Part shown: piece by piece, positions 20,109 to 31,009 of the stretch
Numbering within the stretch: position 1 is the first letter of the stretch
Layout of the letters: each line of letters starts with the position of its first letter
Assembly: GCA_042408215.1 (NCBI GenBank)
Contig: JAYFMW010000020.1
Location: 480,001-544,000 of the forward strand
Source of the DNA: Microcoleus sp.
GTDB taxonomy: Bacteria > Cyanobacteriota > Cyanobacteriia > Cyanobacteriales > Microcoleaceae
DNA length: 64,000 nucleotides
Direction of reading: 5' to 3'
Notes under the pieces: generated by a model
What the model was told of the DNA's origin: nothing
What the model saw: only the letters and a program-made list of their open reading frames with translations
The model's database searches: none
Made by a program: the position numbers and the translations under genes

Positions 20109-20546
20109 TTGTCAAAAAAGATTATGCAAGCGATTCAACCAACCGTTACCCCACTGAAATCTGTAAAAAACTCCCCTCGCGTTGCTGTTGCTCCAAGTCG
20201 GAGTAGCAGTCGTCAGCGTTCCTACCCTCACCAAGCGCTTGCCGCCGAAACAGGGGTCAAGTTAGCAGTCAACATGGTACTTTCAGTCTGTGCGACTTCT
20301 GCTTTGATTCAGCTTTGGCCTCACTACCGAGCAGTGCAAGAAAAGTTGCAGGAAATCCAAGCTGAAGTCAATCTTACCCAAGGGCGAGTAAATCAGTCGC
20401 GATCGGACTTTAACCGCTACTTTGACCCCAATGAAGCTCAAAGTGTGATGCAAGAGCAAAGCAATCGGGTTGACCCAAAGCAGCGCCCGGTGATTTTGCA
20501 AGAATTGGGGACACCGGAGGCTGAGGAGCCAACTCAGCAACCTTAA
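20109..20546 (+). CDS. Hypothetical protein, one TM plus coiled coil (septum-formation-initiator-like); start may be the ATG at 20124
   Basis: LAVNMVLSVCATSALIQLWP followed by EKLQEIQAEV...FNRYFDP. Confidence 0.6.
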   Translation: MSKKIMQAIQPTVTPLKSVKNSPRVAVAPSRSSSRQRSYPHQALAAETGVKLAVNMVLSVCATSALIQLWPHYRAVQEKLQEIQAEVNLTQGRVNQSRSDFNRYFDPNEAQSVMQEQSNRVDPKQRPVILQELGTPEAEEPTQQP

Positions 20547-20556
20547 CCTTAGGGGA

Positions 20557-20746
20557 GTTGACTGTTGACTGTTGACTGTTGACTGTTGACTGTTGACTGC
20601 TGACTGTTGACTGTTGACTGTTGACTGTTGACGGTTGACTGTTGACGGTTGACGGTTGACTGTTGACTGTTGACGGTTGACTGTTGACTGTTGACTAATG
20701 ACTAATGACTAATGACTAATGACTAATGACTAATGACTGTTGACTG
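20557..20746. repeat. Heptamer tandem repeats (GTTGACT)n/(AATGACT)n
   Basis: Directly visible between convergent genes. Confidence 0.95.
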
Positions 20747-20799
20747 CGTAAGTCTTGTAATTCACTGAGCCAGACAATCTCAGAACTTAAAACTTGGCT

Positions 20800-22038
20800 T
20801 TATGCTGACTTTGCCATTACGGTTTGTTCTTTTAGCAGTTGGAGTGCGGCTTGATATTGCAAGTCGTCTTTGCTACCGAATTTGGCAAGCGCAATCGGCT
20901 GTAGCGGTACTACCCGATCGGGCGAAATCCCCAGTTTGTGAATATCTGTGTGGTTCGGTGTCTCGTACTTGGCAACAGTCACAGCCAACCCCGAACCATC
21001 AGACAAATCAAACAGCGACTGAATCAGCCCTTTGCCAAAAGTCTTTTCGCCCACAAGTTGAGCTCTGCCGTTATCTTGCAGCGCACCAGCCAAAATTTCG
21101 CTAGCACTGGCTGTTCCCTTATTCACCAAAACAATCAGAGGATCGTTAGTCAGGGCTTCTCCAGAGGCTTCAAAACTGCCGAGAATGCCTTGTCGGTTCA
21201 CAGTGTAGACGATCGTCCCGGAATCCAGCCACAGGCGGGCAATTTCAATCCCCGCTTGCAAAAGTCCGCCTGGGTTATTCCGCAAATCGAGAATGTAGGC
21301 GGCGGCTCCTTGTTTTTCGAGTTGGTCGATCGCATGAGCGACTTCGGTAGTGGCGTTGGCGCTGAATTGACTCAGGCGAATGTAGCCCACTGGTAAATTC
21401 TCCGGCCCAGACTGCAATGCGGCGTAAACCGGATTCAGAGCAATGCGATCGCGCAGTAACTCAATTTCAACAGGAGACTCTCTCCCTTCGCGCCCCAAGG
21501 TGAGGGTGACAGGAGTGCCAATGCGGCCGCGCATTCGAGTTGCGGCCTCGTCTAGACTCAATTCTGAGGTGGGAGTGCCATCTATTTTCAGAATGCGATC
21601 GAGGGGTTGAATGCCGGCTTGATCTGCTGGTGAACCCGCCACAGGAGCCACCACTGTCAGAGTACCGCTCTTTTGGTCGATCGCAATTTGTAGCCCCACA
21701 CCCGTGAGTTCCCCAGAAGTATTGACCTGCAAACTGCGGTACTGTTCGGGTTTCAGCAGTCGAGTAAATGGGTCGTCCAGATTTGCCAGCATCTGTTGAA
21801 TACCGGTGTAAGTCTGCTCTCGATCGTTCAGGGGTTGCTTGACAGCCTTTTCGCGAATCGACCACCAGTTGTGATGGTTGAATTTGTCATCCACATAAGA
21901 GCGGTTGACAATTCGCCAAGCTTCGCTCAAGAGTTGCTGTTCTGGGCTCAGCGCCGCCGCAGGCCCGGCGGGCCAACCTAGAACCAGGGCGACTTGGAGG
22001 ACAAGTAAAAGGGCGATCTGGGAAACTCGTCTGTGCAT
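20800..22038 (-). CDS. ctpA: Carboxyl-terminal processing protease (S41)
   Basis: Signal peptide, PDZ domain, DLRNNPGG, TASASEILAGAL, TFGKGLIQ; next to petBD. Confidence 0.92.
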   Translation of the reverse strand: MHRRVSQIALLLVLQVALVLGWPAGPAAALSPEQQLLSEAWRIVNRSYVDDKFNHHNWWSIREKAVKQPLNDREQTYTGIQQMLANLDDPFTRLLKPEQYRSLQVNTSGELTGVGLQIAIDQKSGTLTVVAPVAGSPADQAGIQPLDRILKIDGTPTSELSLDEAATRMRGRIGTPVTLTLGREGRESPVEIELLRDRIALNPVYAALQSGPENLPVGYIRLSQFSANATTEVAHAIDQLEKQGAAAYILDLRNNPGGLLQAGIEIARLWLDSGTIVYTVNRQGILGSFEASGEALTNDPLIVLVNKGTASASEILAGALQDNGRAQLVGEKTFGKGLIQSLFDLSDGSGLAVTVAKYETPNHTDIHKLGISPDRVVPLQPIALAKFGSKDDLQYQAALQLLKEQTVMAKSA

Positions 22039-22742
22039 GATTGTTCGGTAAAATATGAGTAGATTGGTATCCGTTGTATTTTAAGTTTGTACGCTTTTGA
22101 GCTTTTGCACATTCAACTTGATGTCTGGGAAGGCAGAACTCATAAAGCCAGTCCTGGACGCACTGAACGGAAAAAAACCGGGTTTCTCGTTCTCATCCTC
22201 CATCTCAAATGACGCAATTACGTTAAGAAACCGGGTTTTTGCCTAAGTCCTAAAGCATCAGGTCTTTGGCAGTCGCGAACAAAAAATTAGTTAAAGTTGA
22301 CTTAACCACAGATTGAGTGAAGTTTTATGATAAATATGAAATTTTAGACCCCTTGGGTCGGCTCGCAGCATCGGACTCAGGTCTGTAGCTCGGTTCATTG
22401 CTATATAGCAGCTTGGGACGGATGTTGAGGTTTCGGACAAGGGTTTTTCAGACTGGGCAAAAGCGATCGCTCCGTGAAATCTACACGGCTATTATGTTAC
22501 ATTTCATATCATGTTCAGGAATTCGATCGGGCAACGCCAGCAAAGGGAAACCAGCTCTAGCTCCGTTTCCTAGGGAAGCGTGTTACCGCAAAATAGAGTT
22601 CCTCTCGTCAGCTCCAAATATTAAAATAGCCGAAGGTAGTTGCTAGCAAAAGCCAACTGACCATCGTGGGGCGACCAAAAATCCTTGTGGCTGCGGCCCT
22701 AAATCTCAACCACAGCAATATTCTTTTAGGAATTCTGGCTCA

Positions 22743-23411
22743 ATGTTTTCTAAACAAATCACCGAATCAAAAACCTTCCAGTGGTTTGACGAACGCCTGG
22801 AAATTCAGGCGCTCGCCGACGACATCACTACCAAGTATGTACCCCCCCACGTCAATATCTTCTACTGCTTGGGCGGAATCACTCTGGTTTGTTTTCTGAT
22901 CCAGTTTGCCACCGGCTTCGCCATGACATTCTATTACCGTCCCACGGTAGCAGAAGCTTTTTCCTCAGTGCAATACATCATGAATGAAGTCAGCTTCGGT
23001 TGGCTGATTCGCTCCATCCACCGCTGGTCTGCCAGCATGATGGTGCTGATGATGATTCTCCACATCTTCCGGGTTTACCTGACCGGTGGCTTCAAAAAGC
23101 CCCGCGAACTAACCTGGGTGACAGGAGTAATTTTGGCAGTCATCACTGTTTCTTTCGGTGTGACAGGCTACTCGCTACCTTGGGATCAAATTGGTTACTG
23201 GGCCGTCAAAATCGTTTCCGGTGTTCCCGAAGCTATCCCGTTTGTTGGTTCTTTAATGGTTGAGCTGCTGCGTGGTGGCACTAGCGTCGGTCAAGGCACT
23301 TTGAGCCGCTATTACAGCTTGCACACTTTTGTGTTGCCTTGGCTGATTGCAGTATTCATGCTGGCCCACTTCTTGATGATTCGCAAGCAAGGCATCTCTG
23401 GTCCGTTGTAA
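22743..23411 (+). CDS. petB: Cytochrome b6
   Basis: [17 protein letters not shown]...[10 protein letters not shown]. Confidence 0.99.
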   Translation: MFSKQITESKTFQWFDERLEIQALADDITTKYVPPHVNIFYCLGGITLVCFLIQFATGFAMTFYYRPTVAEAFSSVQYIMNEVSFGWLIRSIHRWSASMMVLMMILHIFRVYLTGGFKKPRELTWVTGVILAVITVSFGVTGYSLPWDQIGYWAVKIVSGVPEAIPFVGSLMVELLRGGTSVGQGTLSRYYSLHTFVLPWLIAVFMLAHFLMIRKQGISGPL

Positions 23412-23529
23412 GTTTTGAGTTGTGGGGGTGATATTTTTTTGCCCCCGCTGAGTTTTGAGTTGAAAATTCAGAATTCATCACTCATGATATTTATTTCCAG
23501 CCAACAACTAAAAGGAGAACACTCTCACT

Positions 23530-24012
23530 ATGTCTATTCTCAAAAAACCGGATTTGAGCGATCCAGCGCTCCGCGCTAAACTCGCTCAGGGCATGGGTCA
23601 CAACTATTACGGCGAACCAGCTTGGCCGAATGACTTGCTCTATGTTTTCCCTGTAGTAATTACGGGAACGATCGCTCTGTGCGTCGCTTTGGCTGTGCTT
23701 GACCCGGCTTTGGTTGGAGAACCGGCTAATCCTTTTGCTACTCCGCTAGAAATTCTGCCGGAATGGTATTTGTGGCCTGTGTTCCAACTCCTGCGCGTTC
23801 TGCCTAACAAATTGTTGGGTATTGCTTGCATGGCAGCTGTTCCCCTGGGTTTGATTTTGATTCCGTTCATCGAGAACGTTAACAAGTTCCAAAATCCGTT
23901 CCGTCGCCCTGTGGCTACTACTGTTTTCCTATTGGGAACTGCCATAACTCTGTGGTTGGGTATTGGTGCTATTTTCCCGATCGACAAATCTTTTACGCTG
24001 GGCCTTTTCTAA
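23530..24012 (+). CDS. petD: Cytochrome b6f subunit IV
   Basis: [22 protein letters not shown] motif. Confidence 0.99.
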   Translation: MSILKKPDLSDPALRAKLAQGMGHNYYGEPAWPNDLLYVFPVVITGTIALCVALAVLDPALVGEPANPFATPLEILPEWYLWPVFQLLRVLPNKLLGIACMAAVPLGLILIPFIENVNKFQNPFRRPVATTVFLLGTAITLWLGIGAIFPIDKSFTLGLF

Positions 24013-24032
24013 AACTTCAGCTTGCTTGATTT

Positions 24033-24100
24033 TGACGCCTGCGGGTTTTCTAGAAGTGCTTTTGTACTGGTGGGAAACTTGAGCGGGCGTCATTTTATTT
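24033..24100 (+). terminator. Probable petD terminator / 3' stem-loop
   Basis: TGACGCC...GGCGTCA inverted repeat followed by TTTTATTT. Confidence 0.55.
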
Positions 24101-24308
24101 GGTTGCTATAATTAAACATAATTAATTAATTAATTAATTTGATCATCTCGGTATAAATATAGCAACCGCCTTAAAGAAATGTTCCGATTTTAGCGAAGGG
24201 CCAATGGCAGAGATCAGAAGTTAGATCACATCCGCTACCATCGGAATTGTAAAATCGAGTCAAGTGGCCACCAAATATAAGCGCAATTTTCAGTTTTTCG
24301 ACTCACGG

Positions 24309-24360
24309 TCAACAGTCAACAGTCAACAGTCAACAGTCAACAATCAACAGTCAACAATCA
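24309..24360. repeat. Heptamer tandem repeat (GTCAACA)n
   Basis: Directly visible; reverse complement of the 20557 repeat unit. Confidence 0.9.
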
Positions 24361-24419
24361 TTGCTGAGTGCAACCGGAATCGATATTAATGGTCAATATT
24401 AAATTAAATTTAAAAGCAG

Positions 24420-27400
24420 ATGATCGCCAATAAAATACCGCCGATAAAAGCATTAAATAAAGCATTCCTTAAGGTGAAACCCAATCGAGATGATTTTGAA
24501 CAATTTAAACACAATCTGATTAGATTAATCGACCACATTAACGAAGCAGAATCGGAGGAATTTCACAAAAATCTGGTGGCGCAGTTTTTGCGTGAGACTT
24601 ATTATGGAGCCAATCATTTCATCAACACAAAAGGACACAATGACCTAGTTATTCATAACGGAAAAAATGCCAAAAACAGCGTTGGTGTCATTCTGGAAGC
24701 TAAAAAGCCAACTAACAAAGGCGAGATGCTTAAGGTTGACAATCTGAATAGCAAAGCCTTTCAGGAATTGGTACTCTATTTTTTGCGCGATCGCATTTCG
24801 GGAAAAAACCTTGAAATCAAATATTTAGTCGCAACCAATGTTTACGAGTGGTTCATTTTTGATGCTGGTACTTTTGAAAAATCCTTTGCTCAGAATCAAC
24901 AACTGGTAAAGCGATTTACCGATTTTGAAGCAGGAAGACTAACCGGCAAAAAAACTGACTTTTTCTATCAAGAAATTGCGGCACCTGCTATTGAAGCAAT
25001 CAAAGACGAGATTACTTTTACCCATTTCGATCTTCGAGACTACGAACAATTTTTAAGGAATGCCGAAAAGCAAGATGACAATCAACTAATTCCACTATTT
25101 AAGCTGCTTTCACCAGAGCATTTATTGAAATTACCGTTGGCGAACGATAGCAACAGCCTCGATAAAGCATTTTACAGCGAGTTACTGCACATCATCGGTT
25201 TGACGGAAACCAAAGCAGGCGGCAAAAAACTCATCGGGCGGAAAAAAGAAGGCCGCCATATTGGTGCACTGATTGAAAATGCGATGGAGCAACTTGATAG
25301 TTTAGACAAAATCTCCCGACTCGAAAAACCAGAACAGTTTGGCGATACTTACCAAGACAGACTGTTTAATGTTGGCTTAGAATTAGCAATCACTTGGGTA
25401 AATCGCATCCTGTTCCTGAAATTATTAGAAGCGCAGTTAATTAAATATCACAAAAGCGATAAATCCTTGGCATTTTTGAATTTCAGCAAAGTAAATAACT
25501 ATGACGATTTGAATAGCCTTTTCTTTAGCGTTTTGGCGCGCCAACCACAGGAAAGAAGTAGTAGTATACAAAATATTTTCGCCAAGGTTCCTTATTTAAA
25601 CAGTTCATTATTTGAGCTAACCGAACTCGAACACTTAACTATTTCTATTAGCAATCTCCGGGATGAGAATCTGCCGATTTTATCATCTAGCGTCTTGAAA
25701 GATAGCAACGGGAAAAAGCGCACAGGCGAACTTAATGGCTTGGAATATTTATTTGAATTTCTGAATGCTTACGATTTCAGCAGCGAAGGTTCATCAGAAA
25801 TTAAGGAAGACAATAAACGGCTGATTAATGCTTCTGTGCTTGGGTTAATTTTTGAGAAAATCAACGGTTATAAAGATGGAGCTTTCTTTACTCCAGGCTT
25901 CATTACGATGTATATGTGCCGCGAAACTATTCGTAGGGCGGTTTTGCAAAAGTTTAATCAGACTAATAGCTGGGAATGCCAAAATATGGATCAGTTGTAC
26001 GATAAAATTACAGACAAAAAAGCAGCTAACCAGACGATCAATAGTCTCAAAATTTGCGATCCGGCTGTGGGTTCGGGACACTTCTTAGTTTCGGCGCTCA
26101 ATGAAATTATTGCGATTAAAAGTGAACTAAAAATTTTGCTTGACAGACAAGGGAAAACTTTAAGAGATTATCAAGTAGAAGTTGTCAATGATGAGTTAAT
26201 TGTCACCGATGATGATGGGTTATTATTTGAGTATAATCCCAAAAGCCCGGAAAGTCAACGGATACAAGAAACTCTATTTCACGAAAAGCAAACAATTATT
26301 GAAAACTGTTTGTTTGGTGTGGATATTAACCCTAATTCCGTCAAAATATGTCGGTTACGTTTATGGATTGAGCTTTTGAAAAATGCCTATTACAAGGAAG
26401 AACCCCCCCAACCCCCCTTATTAAGGGGGGATTATTCACTCAAAGTCCCCCTTTTTAAGGGGGATTTAGGGGGTTCTCCTTACAAGGAAGAACCCCTCCA
26501 ACCCTCCTTATTAAGGGGGGAGAATTCACTCAAAGTCCCCCTTTTTAAGGGGGATTTAGGGGGTTCTCCTTACAAGGAAGAACCCCTCCAACCCCCCTTA
26601 TTAAGGGGGGAGAATTCACTCAAAGTCCCCCTTTTTAAGGGGGATTTAGGGGGATCTCCGGGTTTGAAAACACGCCCTAGGGGGGAGCGACTAGAAACTT
26701 TGCCGAACATTGATATCAATATCAAATGTGGTAATTCTTTGATTAGCCGTTTTGCGTTGGATAGTGATTTGCGACAAGCTTTAAGGAAAAGCAAGTGTGA
26801 TATTGATAGTTACAAAAATGCTGTACAAACTTACCGCAATGCTGAAAGTAAGGAGCAAAAACGGGAAATGGAAGGCATCATCTCATCTATTAAGGGAAAT
26901 TTTCGCACAACACTTTATGGGAATGATTCAAAAAAGACTAAGTTGAGAAATCTTGAGGGTGAGCGTTATAATTTAGAGAATCAAATGTTGTTGTTTCAGG
27001 AATCAACGACGGAGCAAAAGGCACGGGAAAAGAAAATCACTAAGTTAAGTAATGAGATCGATCGGTTAGAAGTTGAAATTGAGGAAATAGAAAGTGGCAA
27101 AATTTACGAAAATGCGTTTGAATGGCGGTTTGAGTTTCCTGAATTGCTGAATAATGATGGTGATTTTGTGGGTTTTGATGTGGTGATTGGAAATCCACCT
27201 TGGGGGGCCAATATAGATCCTAATCAGCTTAAACATATAAAAGCTATGAATTCTGACATTGTTGTTAGGATGGTAGATTCTTTTATGTTTTTTATTAATT
27301 TAACATTTTCCCTGAAATCAAAATTTGGTCTGGTATGTCAAATTATTCCTGATGTGATTTTATATCAAATTGACAATGAAAAGTTGCGCGAAAAAATATT

Positions 27401-28424
27401 CAATAAATCTCAATTAGAGATAGCTTTGAATTTAGGAGATGCAATTTTTGAAGATGTCTCAAGACCTGCTTGCATCATACTCCTCACATCTAACATTAGC
27501 AATATTTCTTGGATTGGCGAATATTCTGTTGGTGGCTCTGACAAGCTATCTAATATTTTACTAACAAAAATCAATACATCTTTTTTCGAGGATATTCCCA
27601 ATAAAGCTATTCCTACAAAAAATATTAGTGGTTATCAAATAATTAATAAATATAAACATACCAGATTGATTGAGTTAGTAGATAATGATGAGATTCAAAG
27701 AGGAATCAGTCCTGATTTTAAAGATGCTTTTATTGTTGACGATCAAATTATTCACAGATGTTTATTGGAAAAAGATTTTATTTTTTCTACGATTACAGGT
27801 GGTCGAGATCTCAAAAAATATCTAGTTCAAGATGTTGGTAAGAAAATTATTTATACACAAAAAAGCGACGCTTGTCAACTTATTCCTAATATTCTCAACT
27901 ATCTACAAACGTTTAAGGAGCAGATAACTTGTCCAGAGGTTGAGGAAGGTAAACATCCTTTTTGGTCTTTGCATCGACCAAGAAATAAAAAAATATTTCT
28001 TAAACAAGAAAAGATTATTGGTGTAATTACTGGAGACAGAATAATTGTGGGATTAGATGTTAATCAAATATTTCCGACAGATGGATTGTATGTAATGGCG
28101 AGTAATGGGAAATATTCAAATAAATTGCTGGTTGGAGTTTTGAACTCAAAATTATTAACTTATTTCTATAGATTGTTATCTATGGAAGTGAATAGAACCT
28201 TGGCGCAAATTAAACCAACTATTTTAAAGAATTTACCTGTTCAATTTGACAATGAAAAAATTGTAATACGAATTGAATCAATAGTCGATCAAATCCTGAG
28301 CGCCAAAAAATCCGATCCCAAAGCAGACACCACAGAATTAGAAAAAGAAATAGATCAACTGGTTTATCAGTTGTATGAATTGACGGCTGAGGAAATTAAA
28401 ATTGTAGAGGGAGAGATCCGTTAG
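24420..28424 (+). CDS. Type IIG restriction-modification enzyme (Eco57I/TaqI-C-like fused REase-N6 MTase-TRD)
   Basis: N-terminal D...EAK nuclease motif, DPAVGSGHF (motif I), GNPPW (motif IV), C-terminal IDQLVYQLYELTAEEI. Confidence 0.9.
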   Translation: MIANKIPPIKALNKAFLKVKPNRDDFEQFKHNLIRLIDHINEAESEEFHKNLVAQFLRETYYGANHFINTKGHNDLVIHNGKNAKNSVGVILEAKKPTNKGEMLKVDNLNSKAFQELVLYFLRDRISGKNLEIKYLVATNVYEWFIFDAGTFEKSFAQNQQLVKRFTDFEAGRLTGKKTDFFYQEIAAPAIEAIKDEITFTHFDLRDYEQFLRNAEKQDDNQLIPLFKLLSPEHLLKLPLANDSNSLDKAFYSELLHIIGLTETKAGGKKLIGRKKEGRHIGALIENAMEQLDSLDKISRLEKPEQFGDTYQDRLFNVGLELAITWVNRILFLKLLEAQLIKYHKSDKSLAFLNFSKVNNYDDLNSLFFSVLARQPQERSSSIQNIFAKVPYLNSSLFELTELEHLTISISNLRDENLPILSSSVLKDSNGKKRTGELNGLEYLFEFLNAYDFSSEGSSEIKEDNKRLINASVLGLIFEKINGYKDGAFFTPGFITMYMCRETIRRAVLQKFNQTNSWECQNMDQLYDKITDKKAANQTINSLKICDPAVGSGHFLVSALNEIIAIKSELKILLDRQGKTLRDYQVEVVNDELIVTDDDGLLFEYNPKSPESQRIQETLFHEKQTIIENCLFGVDINPNSVKICRLRLWIELLKNAYYKEEPPQPPLLRGDYSLKVPLFKGDLGGSPYKEEPLQPSLLRGENSLKVPLFKGDLGGSPYKEEPLQPPLLRGENSLKVPLFKGDLGGSPGLKTRPRGERLETLPNIDINIKCGNSLISRFALDSDLRQALRKSKCDIDSYKNAVQTYRNAESKEQKREMEGIISSIKGNFRTTLYGNDSKKTKLRNLEGERYNLENQMLLFQESTTEQKAREKKITKLSNEIDRLEVEIEEIESGKIYENAFEWRFEFPELLNNDGDFVGFDVVIGNPPWGANIDPNQLKHIKAMNSDIVVRMVDSFMFFINLTFSLKSKFGLVCQIIPDVILYQIDNEKLREKIFNKSQLEIALNLGDAIFEDVSRPACIILLTSNISNISWIGEYSVGGSDKLSNILLTKINTSFFEDIPNKAIPTKNISGYQIINKYKHTRLIELVDNDEIQRGISPDFKDAFIVDDQIIHRCLLEKDFIFSTITGGRDLKKYLVQDVGKKIIYTQKSDACQLIPNILNYLQTFKEQITCPEVEEGKHPFWSLHRPRNKKIFLKQEKIIGVITGDRIIVGLDVNQIFPTDGLYVMASNGKYSNKLLVGVLNSKLLTYFYRLLSMEVNRTLAQIKPTILKNLPVQFDNEKIVIRIESIVDQILSAKKSDPKADTTELEKEIDQLVYQLYELTAEEIKIVEGEIR
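26391..26660 (+). repeat. Three tandem 90-bp palindrome-rich repeats inserted in frame in the R-M gene
   Basis: Units start at 26391, 26481 and 26571; each encodes YKEEPxQPxLLRGxxSLKVPLFKGDLGGSP. Confidence 0.95.
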
Positions 28425-29714
28425 AGTCTCGGTTTGAGAGCAAAAGGTGGGTCAGCAAAATTCACCCTTGATCCCAAATCTGTCAGACAACATTTTTCTC
28501 AATACATTGCTACCACGTTCTACAAATTAAGCTTCGGTTTCAACCTCGGATGGATCGCTAATACGGTCACTAAATTCAGGTATGAATGCTTCATCTCGGA
28601 CTAAATTAGAAACCTTCTCTGAAAATTCCTGCTTCCGATCATTTAGCAGCAAGGAAACTGGTATCAAAGAGCAGTAGGTAGCTACCACTAGAGAAGGCTG
28701 AATATCTGAGAGCGACATATTAGATGCTGGTAAAGGTTGAGTAGGTGACTCCTCAGCCTCATCCATAAAGTCTTTAAAGCTGCTGATGATTTACCCTCAT
28801 TTTTTTTGCTGTTTTCCCATTGTCTATAAAAAGCATCAAGCAACTCTTCAAAGGCTTTAATAATTTCTTCAATGATTTGATGTCTTGTTTTCTAATCTAG
28901 GCTATCCCATAGTTGCGAGAACCATTTGAACAATTAAAATAACAAATTAAAGATCATTGCTTTCCCCTAAACCAAGTTAAAATACTGCTTCGGCAATTTA
29001 CAGGTATGACACCGAGAGATTAGAGAACGAATTGAACAATCGTACTTTTGTACAGTACGATCCCGTGGCGAGATCGCAGAGCGCGATGGTGAGCAATGCT
29101 GCGCCACTGGGTGGTCAAAAGCTGTCATAAAACTTCTTGCAATTGCAAATCCGGTTTGAATACTCCTTTTATCTATTGGTCTTGGAAGACTAACTTTGTT
29201 TGTGTATTCGCGATTTAAATCTCATAATGATCGAGGGGAAACAACCCGGATATGATTTATTTACCAGCAGCTTTTTAGCACCTTGTGTTAGTGTATTTTT
29301 AAGCAGGGTTTGGCACTTGATGCACTCTAAATAATTTCCCAATGTGGGCATCTGATTCTTGAAACTCATGTTACTAATAGAACTGTGTTTGTGCAGTTCA
29401 TTGTGAGTTGCTCCGGCGGCGACTGTGTTGTGAATTAGAAGTTAAACGGCTCCGTGCGATCGTCTTGTAGCAATTTAGTGTTTTGTACGGAATCATGTAA
29501 GAGAGCGGTGTATCCAGTTGTAAGAGTAGTTGAATAACTACTGAGGAGGAGCGAAAAAGCCGTCAGATATCACTCCGGCAGCAGATGCTGTATCAACAGC
29601 ATTGAATCCGTCTGTTTTCTATACTACGTAAATAGCCTTGCAACGACTGAGACGCTACTTAATCAAGTAGATCGTCATCTAAGTAACACTTTTTTTGGGG
29701 AAGGACACAATTTT

Positions 29715-30893
29715 ATGACCACAATAATGCAGCTCTTAATCCACATTAGAGGTGGAGTTTCTCTTGTTATGAGTTCTGTACTTGCGCTTGGAAAACATTT
29801 TCGACTTGGGATAATTTTGGCTTTCGCGTGTCTTGCTTGTATTTTGAGTTCTGTTCCTGCTGTTTCGCAAGGTCAGTTACCTAATCCTATAAAAATAGGA
29901 GTTAGAACTGTTGCTTCCGCAATCGGCAATAATATAAGTACAAATAAAGCATATGGCTTCTGTGGCACTTTTGGTGAGGAGCTACAAGAGGAGTTAAAGA
30001 AGTTAGCTCCTAATGGTAAACGAATTGAAGTTGAATATCATGAGATTAAGAATGAAGGTCTTGGATACAAATACCCTAGGTATGATGGTTTGAATAAAGA
30101 AATAATTCATATTGAATGTGGTCCTAATTCAATACCATCTGATAATCTGAAAACTGCTGTCGGCATTAAGTTTTCAGATAGTTTCCATAAAACCGGGGTA
30201 AAGTTGCTATTACCAGAGAAATTAGTTGAGGATTTGAATTCAAAACGTCGGAATGTGAAAGATATAAAAGTTGGTGTTGTCAAGGAAACCACCACATCCA
30301 ACCTGTTAGAAGGTATTGTGGATAACATTCGTCCATATGATACGAGGGATGAAGCTTTAAATGCTCTTCTTGATAAAAATGTTAAGGAAATAGAGGCATT
30401 TGCTAGTGATGCACTTATTTTGCAGACTATTTTAGATAGTGGATATAACTCTAAAGAACCCTTCAACAGAAAAGGATACACTATTTTCAAAAAAGATGGT
30501 TACTTGACTTCATTACCAACAGAAGACTATGTTATGGCAGTCAAGGAAAACACGCCCTTTTCTAACAAACTAATTGAGTCGATCAATCGGACATTGAAGC
30601 GAGATAAAATATCTCAAGCAAGGAAAGAATTAGAGCAGATTGAAGATTCTACTCCAACTACTCCACCTACTTCAGGTATACTACTAAGGTTGCAGGAGTT
30701 TTTGTCGAGTATATTTACTGAAATATTGGGTGTATTTATTACACTATTGAGTACGTTTATTATACTACTAAAGCGTACAAGGCTCGAACAAAGGGAACAT
30801 CTAAGACTTTTTTTGTGGATTTTAGGGGCGGTATTGTGTGTATTAGGAGTTATAATCATAATTGCGATTTGGCTGCAATACAAAAAGCTTTAA
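29715..30893 (+). CDS. Substrate-binding protein (SBP_bac_3-like) with two C-terminal TM helices; start uncertain
   Basis: IKIGVRT...GFCGTF, IECGPNSI, VGVVKETTT, IEAFASDALIL; hydrophobic C-terminus. Confidence 0.7.
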   Translation: MTTIMQLLIHIRGGVSLVMSSVLALGKHFRLGIILAFACLACILSSVPAVSQGQLPNPIKIGVRTVASAIGNNISTNKAYGFCGTFGEELQEELKKLAPNGKRIEVEYHEIKNEGLGYKYPRYDGLNKEIIHIECGPNSIPSDNLKTAVGIKFSDSFHKTGVKLLLPEKLVEDLNSKRRNVKDIKVGVVKETTTSNLLEGIVDNIRPYDTRDEALNALLDKNVKEIEAFASDALILQTILDSGYNSKEPFNRKGYTIFKKDGYLTSLPTEDYVMAVKENTPFSNKLIESINRTLKRDKISQARKELEQIEDSTPTTPPTSGILLRLQEFLSSIFTEILGVFITLLSTFIILLKRTRLEQREHLRLFLWILGAVLCVLGVIIIIAIWLQYKKL

Positions 30894-31009
30894 CTCTAAG
30901 TGCGTTAGACTGTGAGTAAAGACTAATGAAATAGAATTGCTGCATACAAGTGCAGCCGGACTGGATCGAACTAAGCTAAACTAAGTTAGGTAAATGACTT
31001 GATATACTG

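Noticed and set aside
26391..26660. 90-bp palindromic repeats as a CRISPR array or intein
   Set aside because: No spacers, and no intein terminal motifs (C/S start, HN end); it is an in-frame tandem repeat
28527..29700. Short ORF 28527..28766 and surrounding AT-rich DNA
   Set aside because: Looks like decayed coding sequence but I cannot assign a family; no group II intron domain V or other RNA motif recognised
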